Notes: generated by a model from the letters alone, not told the origin. A stretch of DNA of 64,000 nucleotides from Chrysemys picta bellii (GCF_011386835.1 NC_088812.1:3782001-3846000), one strand, 5' to 3'; counted from the stretch's first letter, positions 1-11,913 are shown. Made by a program: numbers and translations.

Positions 1-39
1 TCCCGCCTCTCACTGCGGCCCCATAGATGCAGCCCAGCC

Positions 40-300
40 CCATCCATCCCCCAGAGACCCCTACAGACCAGCCCCTCCCCCACTGAGGCCCCTATAGGGA
101 CCCAGCCCCTCCCACTGAGGCCCCTATAGGGACCCAGCCCCTCCCACTGAGGCCCCCATGGACCCAGCTCCCCTCTCTCCCATGGAGGCCCCTATAGAAT
201 GGAACTCACCCCCCATCAGGGCCCCTATAGATGCAGCCCCACGGAGGCCCCTATAGACCCAGGCTCGCCCCTCCCCCCCACTGAGGCCCCCACCGACCCA
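40..300. repeat. Degenerate minisatellite (CCCCTCCCACTGAGGCCCCTATAG-type units)
   Basis: Unit recurs about 6 times; boundaries approximate. Confidence 0.75.
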
Positions 301-339
301 GCCCCCCGGTACCCGAGGAAGGGGCGGAATCCCCGTGGA

Positions 340-830
340 GAAGGGTCCAGGGTCCACGCCAGTGAAACCGGAAGTCAGCGGCGGCTCACATCCGCTTGGG
401 CGCCCACAAAAGGACGGAGGCGGGCGAGACAAAGGAAACGGCGTGTTCGGGCCGCCATGTTGAGAGTGGCATGGCTCGCCCCGGCTCACTGGCGGGCGGC
501 CATCTTGGATGTGGCGGAAGTACCTGTCTCCCCCCCCCCCCCCCAACCATGATGGTGTTGAATGCGCCGCGCTTTGGCGGCCACCTTGAATGTGGCGGAA
601 GTCGTCCAGCCAATATTAGCAAGGGGGACTAGGGAAGGGGGAGAACAGGATGCCTCCCAGTCTCCCCCTCCTCCACTGGATGGCGGCGGATGGGACAGCC
701 CGCGTACCTAGCTCCCACACAGAGCGTCAGAGCCTGGTGACCTTCTTCCCATCATGCCGCGCCGGACCCGCGCCCTGGCGGCCAATGGGAGGCTTTGTAT
801 CGGAGTTGGTTGCCATGGCGAGCTGGGCGG
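340..830. promoter_or_regulatory. Bidirectional CpG-island promoter: ODAD3 rightward, PRKCSH expected leftward
   Basis: CpG-rich; ETS CCGGAAGT at ~368; YY1-type GCCGCCATGTT and GGCCATCTT; CCAAT 782-786; RFX X-box-like GTTGCCATGGCGAG 809-822. A minus-strand donor AT|GTGAGC at 389 could end a non-coding exon. PRKCSH is inferred from synteny only. Confidence 0.65.
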
Positions 831-959
831 GGGATGTTGGATGGGGAGCAGGGCCTTGGAGGGGCGCAGAGGCGGCTGCAGGGGAGCAGGGCAGGACCCG
901 GTGGGGCTTGGGGGGCGGGGGAAGCTCGGGGCACTGAGGGGAGCGGAGCCACCCGCTGG

Positions 960-1490
960 GGTTCCCCCCCACCTACCCTGGGGTGCCCCCATCTGCCCCA
1001 GGGTGCCCCTCTTCCTGCCCCAGGGTGCCCCCCACCTACCCTGTGGTGCCCCAGGGTGCCCCTCTTCCTGTCCTAGGGTGCCCCCATCTGCCCTAGGGTG
1101 CCCCCATCTGCCCTAGGGTGTCCCTCTTCCTGCCCCAGGGTGCCCCCCACCTACCCTGTGGTGCCCCAGGGTGCCCCTCTCCCTGCCCAGCGTGCCCCCA
1201 TCTGCCCTAGGGTGCCCTTCTTCCTGTCCTAGGGTGCCCCCACCTACCCTGGGGTGCCCCCATCTGTCCTAGGGTGCCCCCATCTGCTCCAGGGTGCCCC
1301 CACCTACCCTGGGGTGCCCCCATCTGCCCCAGGGTGCCCCTCTCCCTGCCCAGGGTGCCCCCATCTGCCTTAGGGTGCCCCTCTTCCTGCCTTAGGGTGC
1401 CCCCCACCTACCCTGGGGTGCCCCCATCTGCCCCAGGGTGCCCCCATCTGCTGTAGTGTGCCCCCTCCCTGCCCAGGGTGCTCCTCTGAC
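960..1490. repeat. Minisatellite (CCCCAGGGTGCCCC-based)
   Basis: Dozens of GGGTGCCCC cores in tandem. Confidence 0.85.
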
Positions 1491-1563
1491 AGTCCTAGTG
1501 TGCCTCTGTGCCTCGCCACCCTGCCCTCCAGCAACTCCCTAGTGCCAGGGGGCTGCAATCACC

Positions 1564-1648
1564 ATGCCTGCAACGCTGGACCCTGCCGGGGTGAAGCCCC
1601 CAGTCCACGAGCAGATCTCAGAGCTGCAGAATAAGATACAGCTCCTAG
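1564..1648 (+). CDS. ODAD3: ODAD3/CCDC151 outer dynein arm docking complex subunit 3, coding exon 1 (MPATLDPAGVKPPVHEQISELQNKIQLL)
   Basis: ACCATG context with upstream in-frame TAG at 1540; resembles human HSQVAELHKKIQLL; donor G|GTACGT, phase 1. Confidence 0.85.
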
Positions 1649-1959
1649 GTACGTAGCTGTTCCGCAGCCGCTTGCACGCACTGGGGGGTGGGGTGGGGGG
1701 TTGTCCTGGGGGTGAGCAAGAGAGCAGGGCGGGGGTCAGCATTCAGAAGGGGGTGAGGTCCCCATGTGTGACTCTCCATCTGCATCAGTGCTTCCTTCTC
1801 AACTCAAGCTGCCCCCAGCGTGCTGTTAACCCAGGTTACAGAGTGGGGTGGAGGGGGTTATATTCTTCCCTCCAGCAACAGCTTTCTACACAGCAAAATC
1901 CAGCCCCAGGGGATTTTGAGGAAGAATAATCCCTACCTCTTATATAGCGCGTCTCATCC

Positions 1960-2130
1960 GTAGACCTCAAAGCGATTTACCAAGGCAGCCGGTACCATTA
2001 TCCCCATTTTACAGAAGGGGAAACTGAGACACAGAGCAGGGAAATGGTTTGTGCGAGGTTGCCCAGCAGGCCAGTCGCAGAGCTGGGAATAACCCAGGTA
2101 TCCTGAGTGTCCCAGTCCAATGCTCCATCC
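1960..2130 (+). mobile_element. CORE-SINE/MIR-like fragment
   Basis: CCCATTTTACAGAAGGGGAAACTGAGACACAGAG core; similar pieces recur at ~14.7, 18.2, 39.3, 41.9 and 57.7 kb. Confidence 0.6.
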
Positions 2131-2261
2131 CCTAGGACTAGGTAGGGGCGGTGAGGAGAGCAGAGGTGCTTTACCCACACAGCGTTTAGACTCTGGAACT
2201 CCCTGCCGCTGGATGGTGCAGAGGTGGAGAATGGCAGGATTGAAGAAGGACTGGCTATGGA

Positions 2262-2714
2262 TAGGGCCCTACCAAATTCACGGGCCATTTTGGTCAATTT
2301 CAGTCGTAGCATTTTAAAAATAGTAAATTTCGTGATTTCAGGGATTTAAATCTGAAATTTCACAGTGGTGTACAGTAATTGTAGAGGTCCTGACCCAAAA
2401 AGGAGTTCTGGGGGTCGCAAGGTTATTATAGGGGGGATGCAGTACTGCTACCCTTACTTCTGCGCTGCTGCTGGTGGGGTGCTGCCTTCAGAGCTGGGCT
2501 CCCAGCCAACAGCTGCTGCTCTCCGGCCGCCCAGCTCTGAAGGCAAACCTTGGGACACCCCCCCCCACACACACACACAACTCCCTTTTGGGGCAGTTTG
2601 AGAAACACTGGTCTCCCCCATGAAATCCCTATAGTATAGGGTAAAAGCACACAAAGGACCAGTTTTCACGGTCCGTGATGCATTTTTCATGGCTGTGAAT
2701 TTGGTAGGGCCCTA
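2262..2714. mobile_element. Non-autonomous hAT-type MITE
   Basis: TIR TAGGGCCCTACCAAATTCAC / GTGAATTTGGTAGGGCCCTA; perfect 8-bp TSD GCTATGGA at 2254-2261 and 2715-2722. Confidence 0.9.
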
Positions 2715-2979
2715 GCTATGGATAACAAGACCCAGAGTTTGAACAGTTTGTGCTATCAGAGAACATCGGAAGGGTTAAAACCCAGTGCTTCAGCCAGTCT
2801 TGAGCTATTCGAGACCAGATGGGACCTCTGGGGGGCACACACACTAGCCCCCATCTGCTATTGCAGAGGGTTTCTTGCACCTTCCTCTGAAGCTGCGTGC
2901 TCTCAGAGCCGGGGTGGGGGGCTAGATGGGCCTTGTATTTCCTGTGGATGTACCCCAGGTCTCAGAGCAAGTGACCTAA

Positions 2980-3477
<498 letters not shown>

Positions 3478-3871
3478 TGAGGGATTTGTGTGGGGTTGGG
3501 TGGGAGGTGTATGGGGCTGGGCGGGTGTGGCACAGCGTATTGGGGTGTGCAGGTGCGGAAGACATGGGGTCGTGCGGGTGTGTGTGTGCAGGCGAGGAGT
3601 ATATGTGGGGGAGTGAGCCTGAGGGTGTGTGGGGAGTATAAGTGGGGGTGAGGGTCTATGGGGGTAGGGGGGGGTTATTTTGGGGGTGTGGGTAGGGGAG
3701 GTGAGCGTGAGGGTCTATGGGGGTGTATGTGGGGGAGTGGGTGGGGGTGAGCATGAAGGTCTGTGGGGGTGGGTGGGGGTTATTTTGAGGGTGTGGGGGA
3801 TGTGAGGGTCTATGGGGGTGCAGGGGAGGACAGCTGGGGAATATGTGTGAAGGGGGAGGGTGTTTCAGGTA

Positions 3872-4690
3872 CTGTACGTTATTAGATGTATTGCAGCTGT
3901 GTCTAGGGACCCCAGCCATGGCCCAGGACCCATTATTAGGTGTATTACGGTAGCGCCGAGGTGCCCCAGCCATGGCCCAGGACCCCGTTGTGCCAGGCGC
4001 TGTACGTTATTTATTAGGTGTATTACGGTAGCGCTGAGGCGCCCCAGCCATGGCCCAGGACCCTGTTGTGCCAGGCACTGTACGTTATTTATTAGGTGTA
4101 TTATGGTAGTGCCGAGGCACCTCAGCCATGGCCCAGGACCCCGTTGTGCCAGGCGCTGTACATTATTTATTAGGTGTATTACGGTAGCGCCGAGGCACCT
4201 CAGCCATGGCCCAGGACCCCGTTGTGCCAGGCACTGTACGTTATTTATTAGGTGTATTACGGTAGCGCCGAGGTGCCTCAGCCATGGCCCAGGACCCCGT
4301 TGTGCCAGGCACTGTACGTTATTTATTAGGTGTATTACGGTAGCGCCGAGGCGCCCCAGCCATGGCCCAGGACCCCGTTGTGCCAGGCGCAGTACGTTAT
4401 TTTAGGTGTATTACGGTAGCGCCGAGGCACCCCAGACATGGCCCAGGACCCCGTTGTGCCAGGCGCAGTACGTTATTTTAGGTGTATTACGGTAGCGCCG
4501 AGGCGCCCCAGCCATGGCCCAGGTCCCCATTATGCCAACAATGGGGTCCTGCGCCAGGACCGGGGCGCCTAATCACTACCGTAATGCACCTAATAAATAA
4601 CATACAGCGCCTAGCACAATGGGGTCCTGACCCAGGCCTTGGGTGCCTAGGTGCTACCGTAATACACCTAATATAAAGTACAGTGCTCAG
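3872..4690. repeat. 78-bp tandem array (~8 units) followed by ~2 inverted units
   Basis: Unit TGTACGTTATTTATTAGGTGTATTACGGTAGCGCCGAGG...; 26-aa periodicity in ORF 3860-4405; orientation flips near 4535. Confidence 0.9.
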
Positions 4691-4923
4691 CACAATGTGG
4701 TCCTGGCCCATGACTGTTTCCAGGCTGCTACCACAACACAAACCGGGCAAGTTCATTGCCACCCAGCTTGTCTGTTTGTCACGGGACCGAGGGGGGCAGG
4801 CGTGCCCGGGAATCGGGAGCTCTGTTCCGCAGACCCATGTGCCGGGACTGGAAGCGTCACCTGGTAGGGGTGACGTTGCCCGAGGGGCTCTGAGGGTGAC
4901 GGCCGCCGTCTCTTTGTCCGCAG

Positions 4924-5001
4924 GGAGATGCACAAATCATAAAAGAGGTGTTCCGGGACCGGGCTGCCGAAAAGGCCTCGCTGAAAAATAAAAGTGGAGA
5001 G
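4924..5001 (+). CDS. ODAD3: ODAD3 exon 3 (GDAQIIKEVFRDRAAEKASLKNKSGE)
   Basis: CAG|...|GTAGGT; 78 nt, phase 0/0; aligns to human GDEKVVQAVIREW...KNRTGQ. Confidence 0.9.
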
Positions 5002-5129
5002 GTAGGTGGTGCTTTGTGCCGTCCTGCGTGCCAGGCTGCCAGCCCAGCCGGTCCAGGCTATGGGTGAGAAGTTGCCAGGCCCACATTTCTGGGAGGGAAA
5101 AAGAGAGAAATCAGGGGCATCAGCAGAGG

Positions 5130-5610
5130 TGTGGGGAGCCCAGGGCTGGGATGGCAGGGGGCTGCGGGTGGGATTGAGGGGTACTAGAAGATCTGGTGGG
5201 GCAGGGCTGGGATGGCAGGGGGCTGTGGGTCGGGATTGAGGGGCACTGGCAGAGCTGTGGGGGTAGAGCTGGAATAGCAGGGGGCTGCGGGTGGGATTGA
5301 GGGGCACTAGAAGATCTGGGGGGCAGGGCTGGGATGGCAGGGGGCTGTGGGTCAGGATTGAGGGGCACTGGCAGAGCTGTGGGGGTAGAGCTGGGATGGC
5401 AGGGGGCTGCGGGTGGGATTGAGGGGTACTGGAAGATCTGGTGGGGCAGGGCTGGGATAGCAGGGGCTGTGGGTGGGATTGAGGGGCACTAGAAGATCTG
5501 GTGGGGCAGGGCTGGGATGGCAGGGGGCTGTGGGTCGGGGTTGAGGGGCACTGGCAGAGCTGTGGGGGTAGAGCTGGGATAGCAGGGGGCTGCGGGTGGG
5601 ATTGAGGGTG
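5130..5610. repeat. G-rich minisatellite (GGGCTGGGATGGCAGGGGGCTGCGGGTGGGATTGAGGGG...)
   Basis: Alternating related units; same family at 15.5-16.6 kb (reverse), 24.5-24.9 kb and 62.2-62.5 kb. Confidence 0.85.
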
Positions 5611-5876
5611 GGTAACTCTGATCCCACACTGAATATTGTGCAGGATCAGGGCCCAAAGGGTCAGTTCTGTTTCCTGTTCTGCTGGGGGGCCCAGCAGGGG
5701 TGGTATGAAACCAACCATGGGGTTGGGGGGGGGGGGATTAAGCCAGCTCTTCCGATGCCCAGGGAAGGTCTGATTCAAGTTGAGGGCGACATTGGTGGGG
5801 TGATTTCAGTGGGCGCTGAGACGCTGCCCGGAAAACACCTCGCCCTGTACGATTTGCCCTTTTCCCTCCTCCCGAG

Positions 5877-6056
5877 GGCGCCATCGAGTTCATCAACCAC
5901 CGGCTCTGTGAGAAGATCAACCGGCTGAACGACCTGAAGCACCAGGTGGAGGTGAGGAAGCGGCGGCTGGAGGAGCTGCAGCTGCAGTACGACTCCAAGG
6001 TGCAGGAGGCCCGGGGCTGCCAGGAGGTGGAGGAAGGGGATGTGGAGGCAGCCAAG
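5877..6056 (+). CDS. ODAD3: ODAD3 exon 4 (GAIEFINHRLCEKINRLNDLKHQVEVRKRRLEELQLQY...)
   Basis: 180 nt in frame; RRLEELQLQ as in human; GAG acceptor, GTGAGA donor. Confidence 0.88.
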
Positions 6057-7337
6057 GTGAGAGGAGGTTTCGGGGGGCGGGTGGGGGGTGGGGAGCTCCC
6101 ACCGACCCCAGCACAGCACTCACCCTCTTAGCACCCAGCGCTTTAGCTGGAGGGGGAGGTTCATTTCTGGGCTGAATGTGATTTATTAGGTACCCGGGAC
6201 CCCATTGTGCCAGGCGCTGTACACTAATAGTAGGTGTATTACGGGATCTCTGGCCTGTCTAATGCTCAGAGTGTGAGGGCAGGGAGGGCGGGGAGGCTCT
6301 GGAACCAGCTGCTGCCCCATTGGGTGAGGGAGGCGGATCAGCCCGGGGAAGTCGCAAACCATTGGCCACTTCGTTGGCTGTGCACCGCCCATCCTACTGA
6401 CCACTAACCTCTCACTGTGTCCTTGGGCTCCCCTTGTCTCCCTCCCGCCCGATGTCTCTCCTGTGATACCAGGGAGGCAGCATGGCCTAGTTGGGTAGGC
6501 AGCTCTCCTGTCTGAGCTCTGAGCCTGGCGGCCGCAGCAAACTCCTAACCCTGTGACACAGACCAGCCACTGGAGGGAGACAGCGCCCCTTGCTGCAGTC
6601 ATGGGCCCGCCCCAGTTCTCAGGGTCAGAATCTCTGGCCCTGTTTCATGGGTGAGGAAACTGAGGCATGGAGAGGGGACGTGGCTGAGCTGGGACTAGAA
6701 CCCTGGTCTCCGGAATTCCAGACCAGAGCCTCCTTCCCATGAGCCTCTGGGAGGGACAAGGGAAGCTAAGCGCCCCCCCCATGCAAGCACGAGTCATTTG
6801 CTGCTGTGAGTCGGCACGGGCAGCAGGGACGGGGCGTAAGAAGGCGCTGTTCCTGTCCCTCCTGCAGTGCTGAGAGCCGCCCGCCCCGCCCCAGGTTCCC
6901 TGGTGTCTGGCAAGATCACGGCTTCTCTGTTTGCTAAATAAACGGCAGATGCGGCCGTTTCCAAAACACGGGGTGTGGGGGAGTATTTGGGGATCAAACC
7001 GGCCCTGGTGCCCGGGGTTGCCCTGCAGCAGGCCCAGAGGGCGTGACAGGAGGGTGCCCTGGGCTCCGGGATGGGCACCGGCTCCCTGGCCCTGCTGCCT
7101 GCCGGGGCCGTAACAGACGGTGTCGTTTGCAGCACCGCCGCTCCCGGCCTGCCCCGATCCGAGGGTTCGGTTCAGCCCGCTCTGGGGACGGGGGGTCCCT
7201 CAGCCACCTGGGGAGGGCAAGGGGGGGCTCCCCACAGCCTGATACAAAGCCGGGGAGCCCGGGCCTGGCTCCCGCGGGGATCGGTGACTCGCTGTGTGGG
7301 GGGCGGCTCATTCAATGCCTTTCGTCTCCCCGCCCAG

Positions 7338-7439
7338 ACCCTGCGCCGGCTGGAGAACCAGCTGGAGAAAGCCCGGCTGAAGGTGGAGGAGGCAGAGCAT
7401 GTCACCAGCCTGTACCGCCAGCTGAAAGCTCACATGCAG
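7338..7439 (+). CDS. ODAD3: ODAD3 exon 5 ([34 protein letters not shown])
   Basis: CAG|...|GTGGGG; matches human [32 protein letters not shown]. Confidence 0.95.
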
Positions 7440-7701
7440 GTGGGGCTGCCGGGCGTGGGCTGGACAGAGAAATCCCCCCCCCTTCATCCCACCCACCCCC
7501 TGAGCTTCTGGGGTCAGGGCCTGCCCCCCCCCCCCCCCGCCCCGCCACCTCCAGCTCGTGGATCCGGAGCGGTGGGATCCCGGCCGAGGTCCCCCTGGGG
7601 ACCCGCAGGGCTGGGTCCAGGTGCCCTGGGGTCGGCTCCAATCCGGGCACGTCCCTGCCCTCGGGAGCACAGCGGGGGGAGCTGACACTGTCTCCCCCCA
7701 G

Positions 7702-7827
7702 GAGCAGAGCTTGACGGCCCAGACCCAGCTGGACGGGCTGGAAGCTGAGATCCTGCGGCTGCACCAAGAGCTCCATGGCCTGCAAGCGATGAACACAGAG
7801 GCACAGGCCACGCGGGATGCTGCCAAG
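7702..7827 (+). CDS. ODAD3: ODAD3 exon 6 (EQSLTAQTQLDGLEAEILRLHQELHGLQAMNTEAQATRDAAK)
   Basis: CAG|...|GTGTGG; 126 nt; coiled-coil homology. Confidence 0.92.
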
Positions 7828-8311
7828 GTGTGGGCAGGGGGGCATCAGGGTGCAGGCAGGGGGCATCAGGGTGCGGGCAGGGGGGCACCAGGGTGTGGGC
7901 GTGGGACGGGGGGCACCAGGGTGCAGGCAGGGGACGGGGGGCACCAGGGTGCGGGTGGGGAGCTGCCAGGAGATGGAGCATTGGGGGCTGTCAGGGGTTG
8001 GGGGAAAGGCAGGGACGGGGGCCACCAGAGCAGATCAGACCCCTGGGGCATCGAGGTGGGTATTCCTCCATCCTGCAGCAGTTCAGGCCAGTGGGTCATT
8101 CTAGCCCAGTACCCAGGTCAGACCCAGGGGCCTATCCCAGCCGGTACCCACCCATCCGCTCCGTCCCAGCTCAGTCCCGGCTGGCACCCACCCGCTCCGT
8201 CCCAGCTCAGACCTGGGGCCTTGTGACCAGCAGCGTCTGCTGGATTGATCTTTGCCCCACACCCCAGCTTTTCCTCTGGGGCTGACCCAGCGTTAACTGC
8301 CCCCCGTGCAG

Positions 8312-8434
8312 GAACAGCTCCAGCTCCAAGAAGACAGTGTCTACCGGGACAGGTACATGCGAGAGCTGAAACTGACGGAGCTGAAGAAGCAGGCGGAGGA
8401 GAGGAGGGCACAGAATGAGCGGGCGGAGAGACGG
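8312..8434 (+). CDS. ODAD3: ODAD3 exon 7 (EQLQLQEDSVYRDRYMRELKLTELKKQAEERRAQNERAERR)
   Basis: CAG|...|GTAAGG; 123 nt. Confidence 0.93.
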
Positions 8435-8829
8435 GTAAGGCCGGGGGGGGGGTACGTGGCACCCACCCTGGACAGCAGCAGCTCCCCAGCAGGGCAACCC
8501 CAGCTCATAACTGTTAGCCCCACTCGCCTCCCAGAGCTGGGAGAGAACCCAGGAGTCCTGGCTCCCAGCCCCCTGCTCTAGCCACTAGCCCTCACTCCCT
8601 TCCCACCATAGGGCTGAAGCGGTGCCTTATGCCAGCCCCCCACCCTTGGGGCATATCTCCGCCCCCCCCCCCCCGTCCCCCAGTGTGTCTGCTCAGCTGC
8701 AGGTAGTGGGGGATGGAGGGAGACGCCTTCTGCCTTGGATCCAGGGCCACCCATAGGGGTTCACGTGAGACCCATCCAGGCCTGTCCCACTAATGGCACC
8801 GCAGACAGCAATCTGGGCTTCCACTCCCT

Positions 8830-9500
8830 GCAGTCAGCATCCCCCCGCCCCCACCGCCGGCATGCCCCACCCCCACACGGCCGGCAGGGGGCATGGGGAG
8901 CGTGGTCAGCATCCCCCCGCATGGCCAGCATGCCCCACTCCCACACGGCCGGCAGGGGGTATGGGGAGCGTGGTCAGCATCCCCCCCGCATGGCCGGCAT
9001 GCCCCACTCCCACACGGCCGGCAGGGGGTATGGGGAGCGTGGTCAGCATCCCCCCGCATGGCCGGCATGCCCCACCCCCACACGGCCGGCAGGGGGCATG
9101 GGAGTGTGGTCAGCATCCCCCCGCATGGCCGGCATGCCCCACTCCCACACGGTCGGCAGGGGGCATGGGGAGCGTGGTCAGCATCCCCCCCGCATGGCCG
9201 GCATGCCCCATCCCCACACGGCCGGCAGGGGGTATGGGGAGCGTGGTCAGCATCCCCCCGCATGGCCGGCATGCCCCACCCCCACACGGCCGGCAGGGGG
9301 CATGGGGAGTGTGGTCAGCATCCCCCCGCATGGCCGGCATGCCCCACTCCCACACGGCCGGCAGGGGGCATGGGGAGCGTGGTCAGCATCCCCCCCGCAT
9401 GGCCGGCATGCCCCATCCCCACACGGCCGGCAGGGGGCATGGGGAGCGTGGTCAGCATCCCCCCCGCATGGCCGGCATGCCCCACCCCCACACAGCTGGT
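8830..9500. repeat. 68-69-bp tandem array (~10 units) in ODAD3 intron 7
   Basis: Unit GTGGTCAGCATCCCCCCGCATGGCCGGCATGCCCCACTCCCACACGGCCGGCAGGGGGCATGGGGAGC. Confidence 0.92.
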
Positions 9501-9724
9501 AGGGGGCAGGGGGAGGTGGTCAGCATCCCCGCACACACAGCCGGTGGAGGGCAGGGTGTCAGCCCCCTGCACCCTGGCTTATTTCACGCAGACTGGCCAA
9601 GCCGCTGCAGCCCGTGGTGGGATTTGAACCCAGGCCCTAGTGAGGGAAGCGACCTGGCCCAGGCCTGCCTGCGGGTGGCGAGCGCGCTGGGCGGGGGGGG
9701 CTCTGAGCGCCGCGTCTCTCCCAG

Positions 9725-9880
9725 GCCCTGCGGGAGCGCCTGCCCCTGCAGACGGAGGAGCTGCTGAGCGACGCCCAACGCAGCAAGGGCACCGGCCTCC
9801 GCGCCAAGCAGCTGCTGGGCACGGCGACGGAGGAGACCTTCGAGAAGATCAAAGAGGCCACCGGGGTCACCAACTCCAGG
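9725..9880 (+). CDS. ODAD3: ODAD3 exon 8 (ALRERLPLQTEELL...EETFEKIKEATGVTNSR)
   Basis: CAG|...|GTGAGA; 156 nt; FEKIKEATG versus human FGKVKDATG. Confidence 0.9.
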
Positions 9881-10903
9881 GTGAGAGGCTGAGGAGGGCT
9901 CTGCCCCCGTCAGCGCCCCCCTGGTCCCCGGCACTGCCCAGCCGGCCCAGTGGGAAACCACCGCAGGCTCTAACCACTAGGATACGCTCCCCTCCCAGAG
10001 TCCAAGCTCCCAGCTCCTTGCTCTAACCATTGGACTCCACTACCTCCCTGAGCCATGAACAGAACCCAGGAGTCCTGGCTCTAACCTCCCCCCCACCCCC
10101 CATAGCATAGGCCTTGGTCCCGAGGCTGGGGTAGCGAGGGGGGTCCTCTGGCCAGTCCCATTACCTCTCTCCAGCCCATGCCCCCACGAGTCGCTCGTGG
10201 CCCCGGGCCCTCGTTGCCGCCGCGTGGCAGCCAAACGACCTGCCCATCATTCAACCTCCGCCACTCACACGCCAGCTCCCCCTGGCAGCGGGTGGCGGGG
10301 GCGCCCCCACTCAGAAATCGCCCCCCAACCCGGGAGGGTTTGACCTTGGGCCTGTGGCCAGCGGGGCCCCATCCCCCAGCTACCTGTCTCCGGGGAGGAG
10401 GGGCAGTGCCTCCTCCCAAGGTCCTTGGGAAGCCGGGCGGTGCCAACGGGCCGGTCTCCTTCACGCCCGCCCCACGCCACTCACCCGGAGCCGCTGCCAT
10501 GGCGACGGCGGGCTGACAGCCAAGCTCTCTTGGATATCGGCTTCCCCGGCCAGAGCCGGAGCGGGAAGAGCTGCGGGCGCTGGCCCCCTGCCGGGGACAG
10601 CGAGCAGTCGGGTGGCCATGGGTGCCAGGCCCCTGGCTGTCCCTGCCAGCTGGGCACCGAAGTGCCCTTGTCTCGTCCCACACTGATTCTCTTCGGTGGT
10701 TTGGAACGGTGGTGGGACCGCGCAGCCCTCCACACTCCACCCTGCTGGAGGAGGGAACCCAGGAGTTCTGGCTCCCAGCCCCCCCATCTGCAGTAACCAC
10801 TAGCCTGCAGAGCTGGGGATAGCACCCAGGAGTCCTGCCTCCCCGCCCCCTTCCACCCTCCCCAGAGGTGGCTGCGTTTTGGCCGTGGCCCTGGGGGCTC
10901 TAA

Positions 10904-11086
<183 letters not shown>

Positions 11087-11436
11087 TGAGCTGCCAACCC
11101 CCCCCCCCCCACCCGGCTGGTGTGTAGAGGCAGGAGGCCCCCCCAGAGCCCTTCAGTACGGGGGGGGAGGGCTCTTTGGGAGTCAGTTCTCAGCTGCCAG
11201 AGGGGAGTGGGGGCTAGTGGTTAGAGCAGGGGTGGGGGTGCTGGTGGCAGGACTCCTGGGTTCTGTCCCCAGCTCTGGGAGGGGAGTGGGGGCCAGTGGT
11301 TAGAGCGGGGGGGGGGGGCTGGGAGCAAGAGCTCCCGCTGTGTTCGCCGGAGCTAAGGGCAGGAGCTCTCTGTCCCTGCCCTGCCCCGGGGTAGGCAGTG
11401 CCCACAGCCCTGATGCCCACCCTGCCCCCTGCCCAG

Positions 11437-11593
11437 GGCCCAGCGCCTGCTGGAGGAGCTGCGAGCTCACCTGCGCCAGGAGGAGACGCAGCGCGACGCG
11501 GTCAAGGGGCAGCTGGACAAGGTGACGCGGGTGCTGCTGGTGGCCAAGGCAGGCGTGGAGCACCTGGCCAGCAAGGTGCAGCACATCCGGCTG
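11437..11593 (+). CDS. ODAD3: ODAD3 exon 10 (AQRLLEELRAHLRQEE...GVEHLASKVQHIRL)
   Basis: EHLASK motif; phases compatible with neighbouring exons. Confidence 0.93.
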
Positions 11594-11913
11594 GTGAGCG
11601 AGCAAGAGGGCAGTGCCCCCTGCAGGCCGCCGGGGCCAGGCCGGGCTGCGGGTAGGAAGGGGCTGGTGGACACAGACCAACCCTGCACTGCCTGGTATCG
11701 CCACCAGGGGGCCCCTTGACCACGCCCTGGGCTAAACACAGGGGTGGGGGTTGGTGAGTCGCAGGCCGGCATGAACGCTGCTGGGATTGAGGGTCAGGAC
11801 TCCTGGGTCCTATCCCCAGCTCTGCCACTGACCTATCGTCTGACCTGGGGCTAGTCCCTGCCCGCACTCGTGCCTCAGTTTCCCCCGTGCGGCGGGCCTT
11901 GTTGTCCCCGCAG

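Noticed and set aside
1-400. PRKCSH coding sequence
   Set aside because: Only promoter-type sequence and a possible non-coding exon are visible; no signal peptide or LDLa-like coding exon lies within the window.
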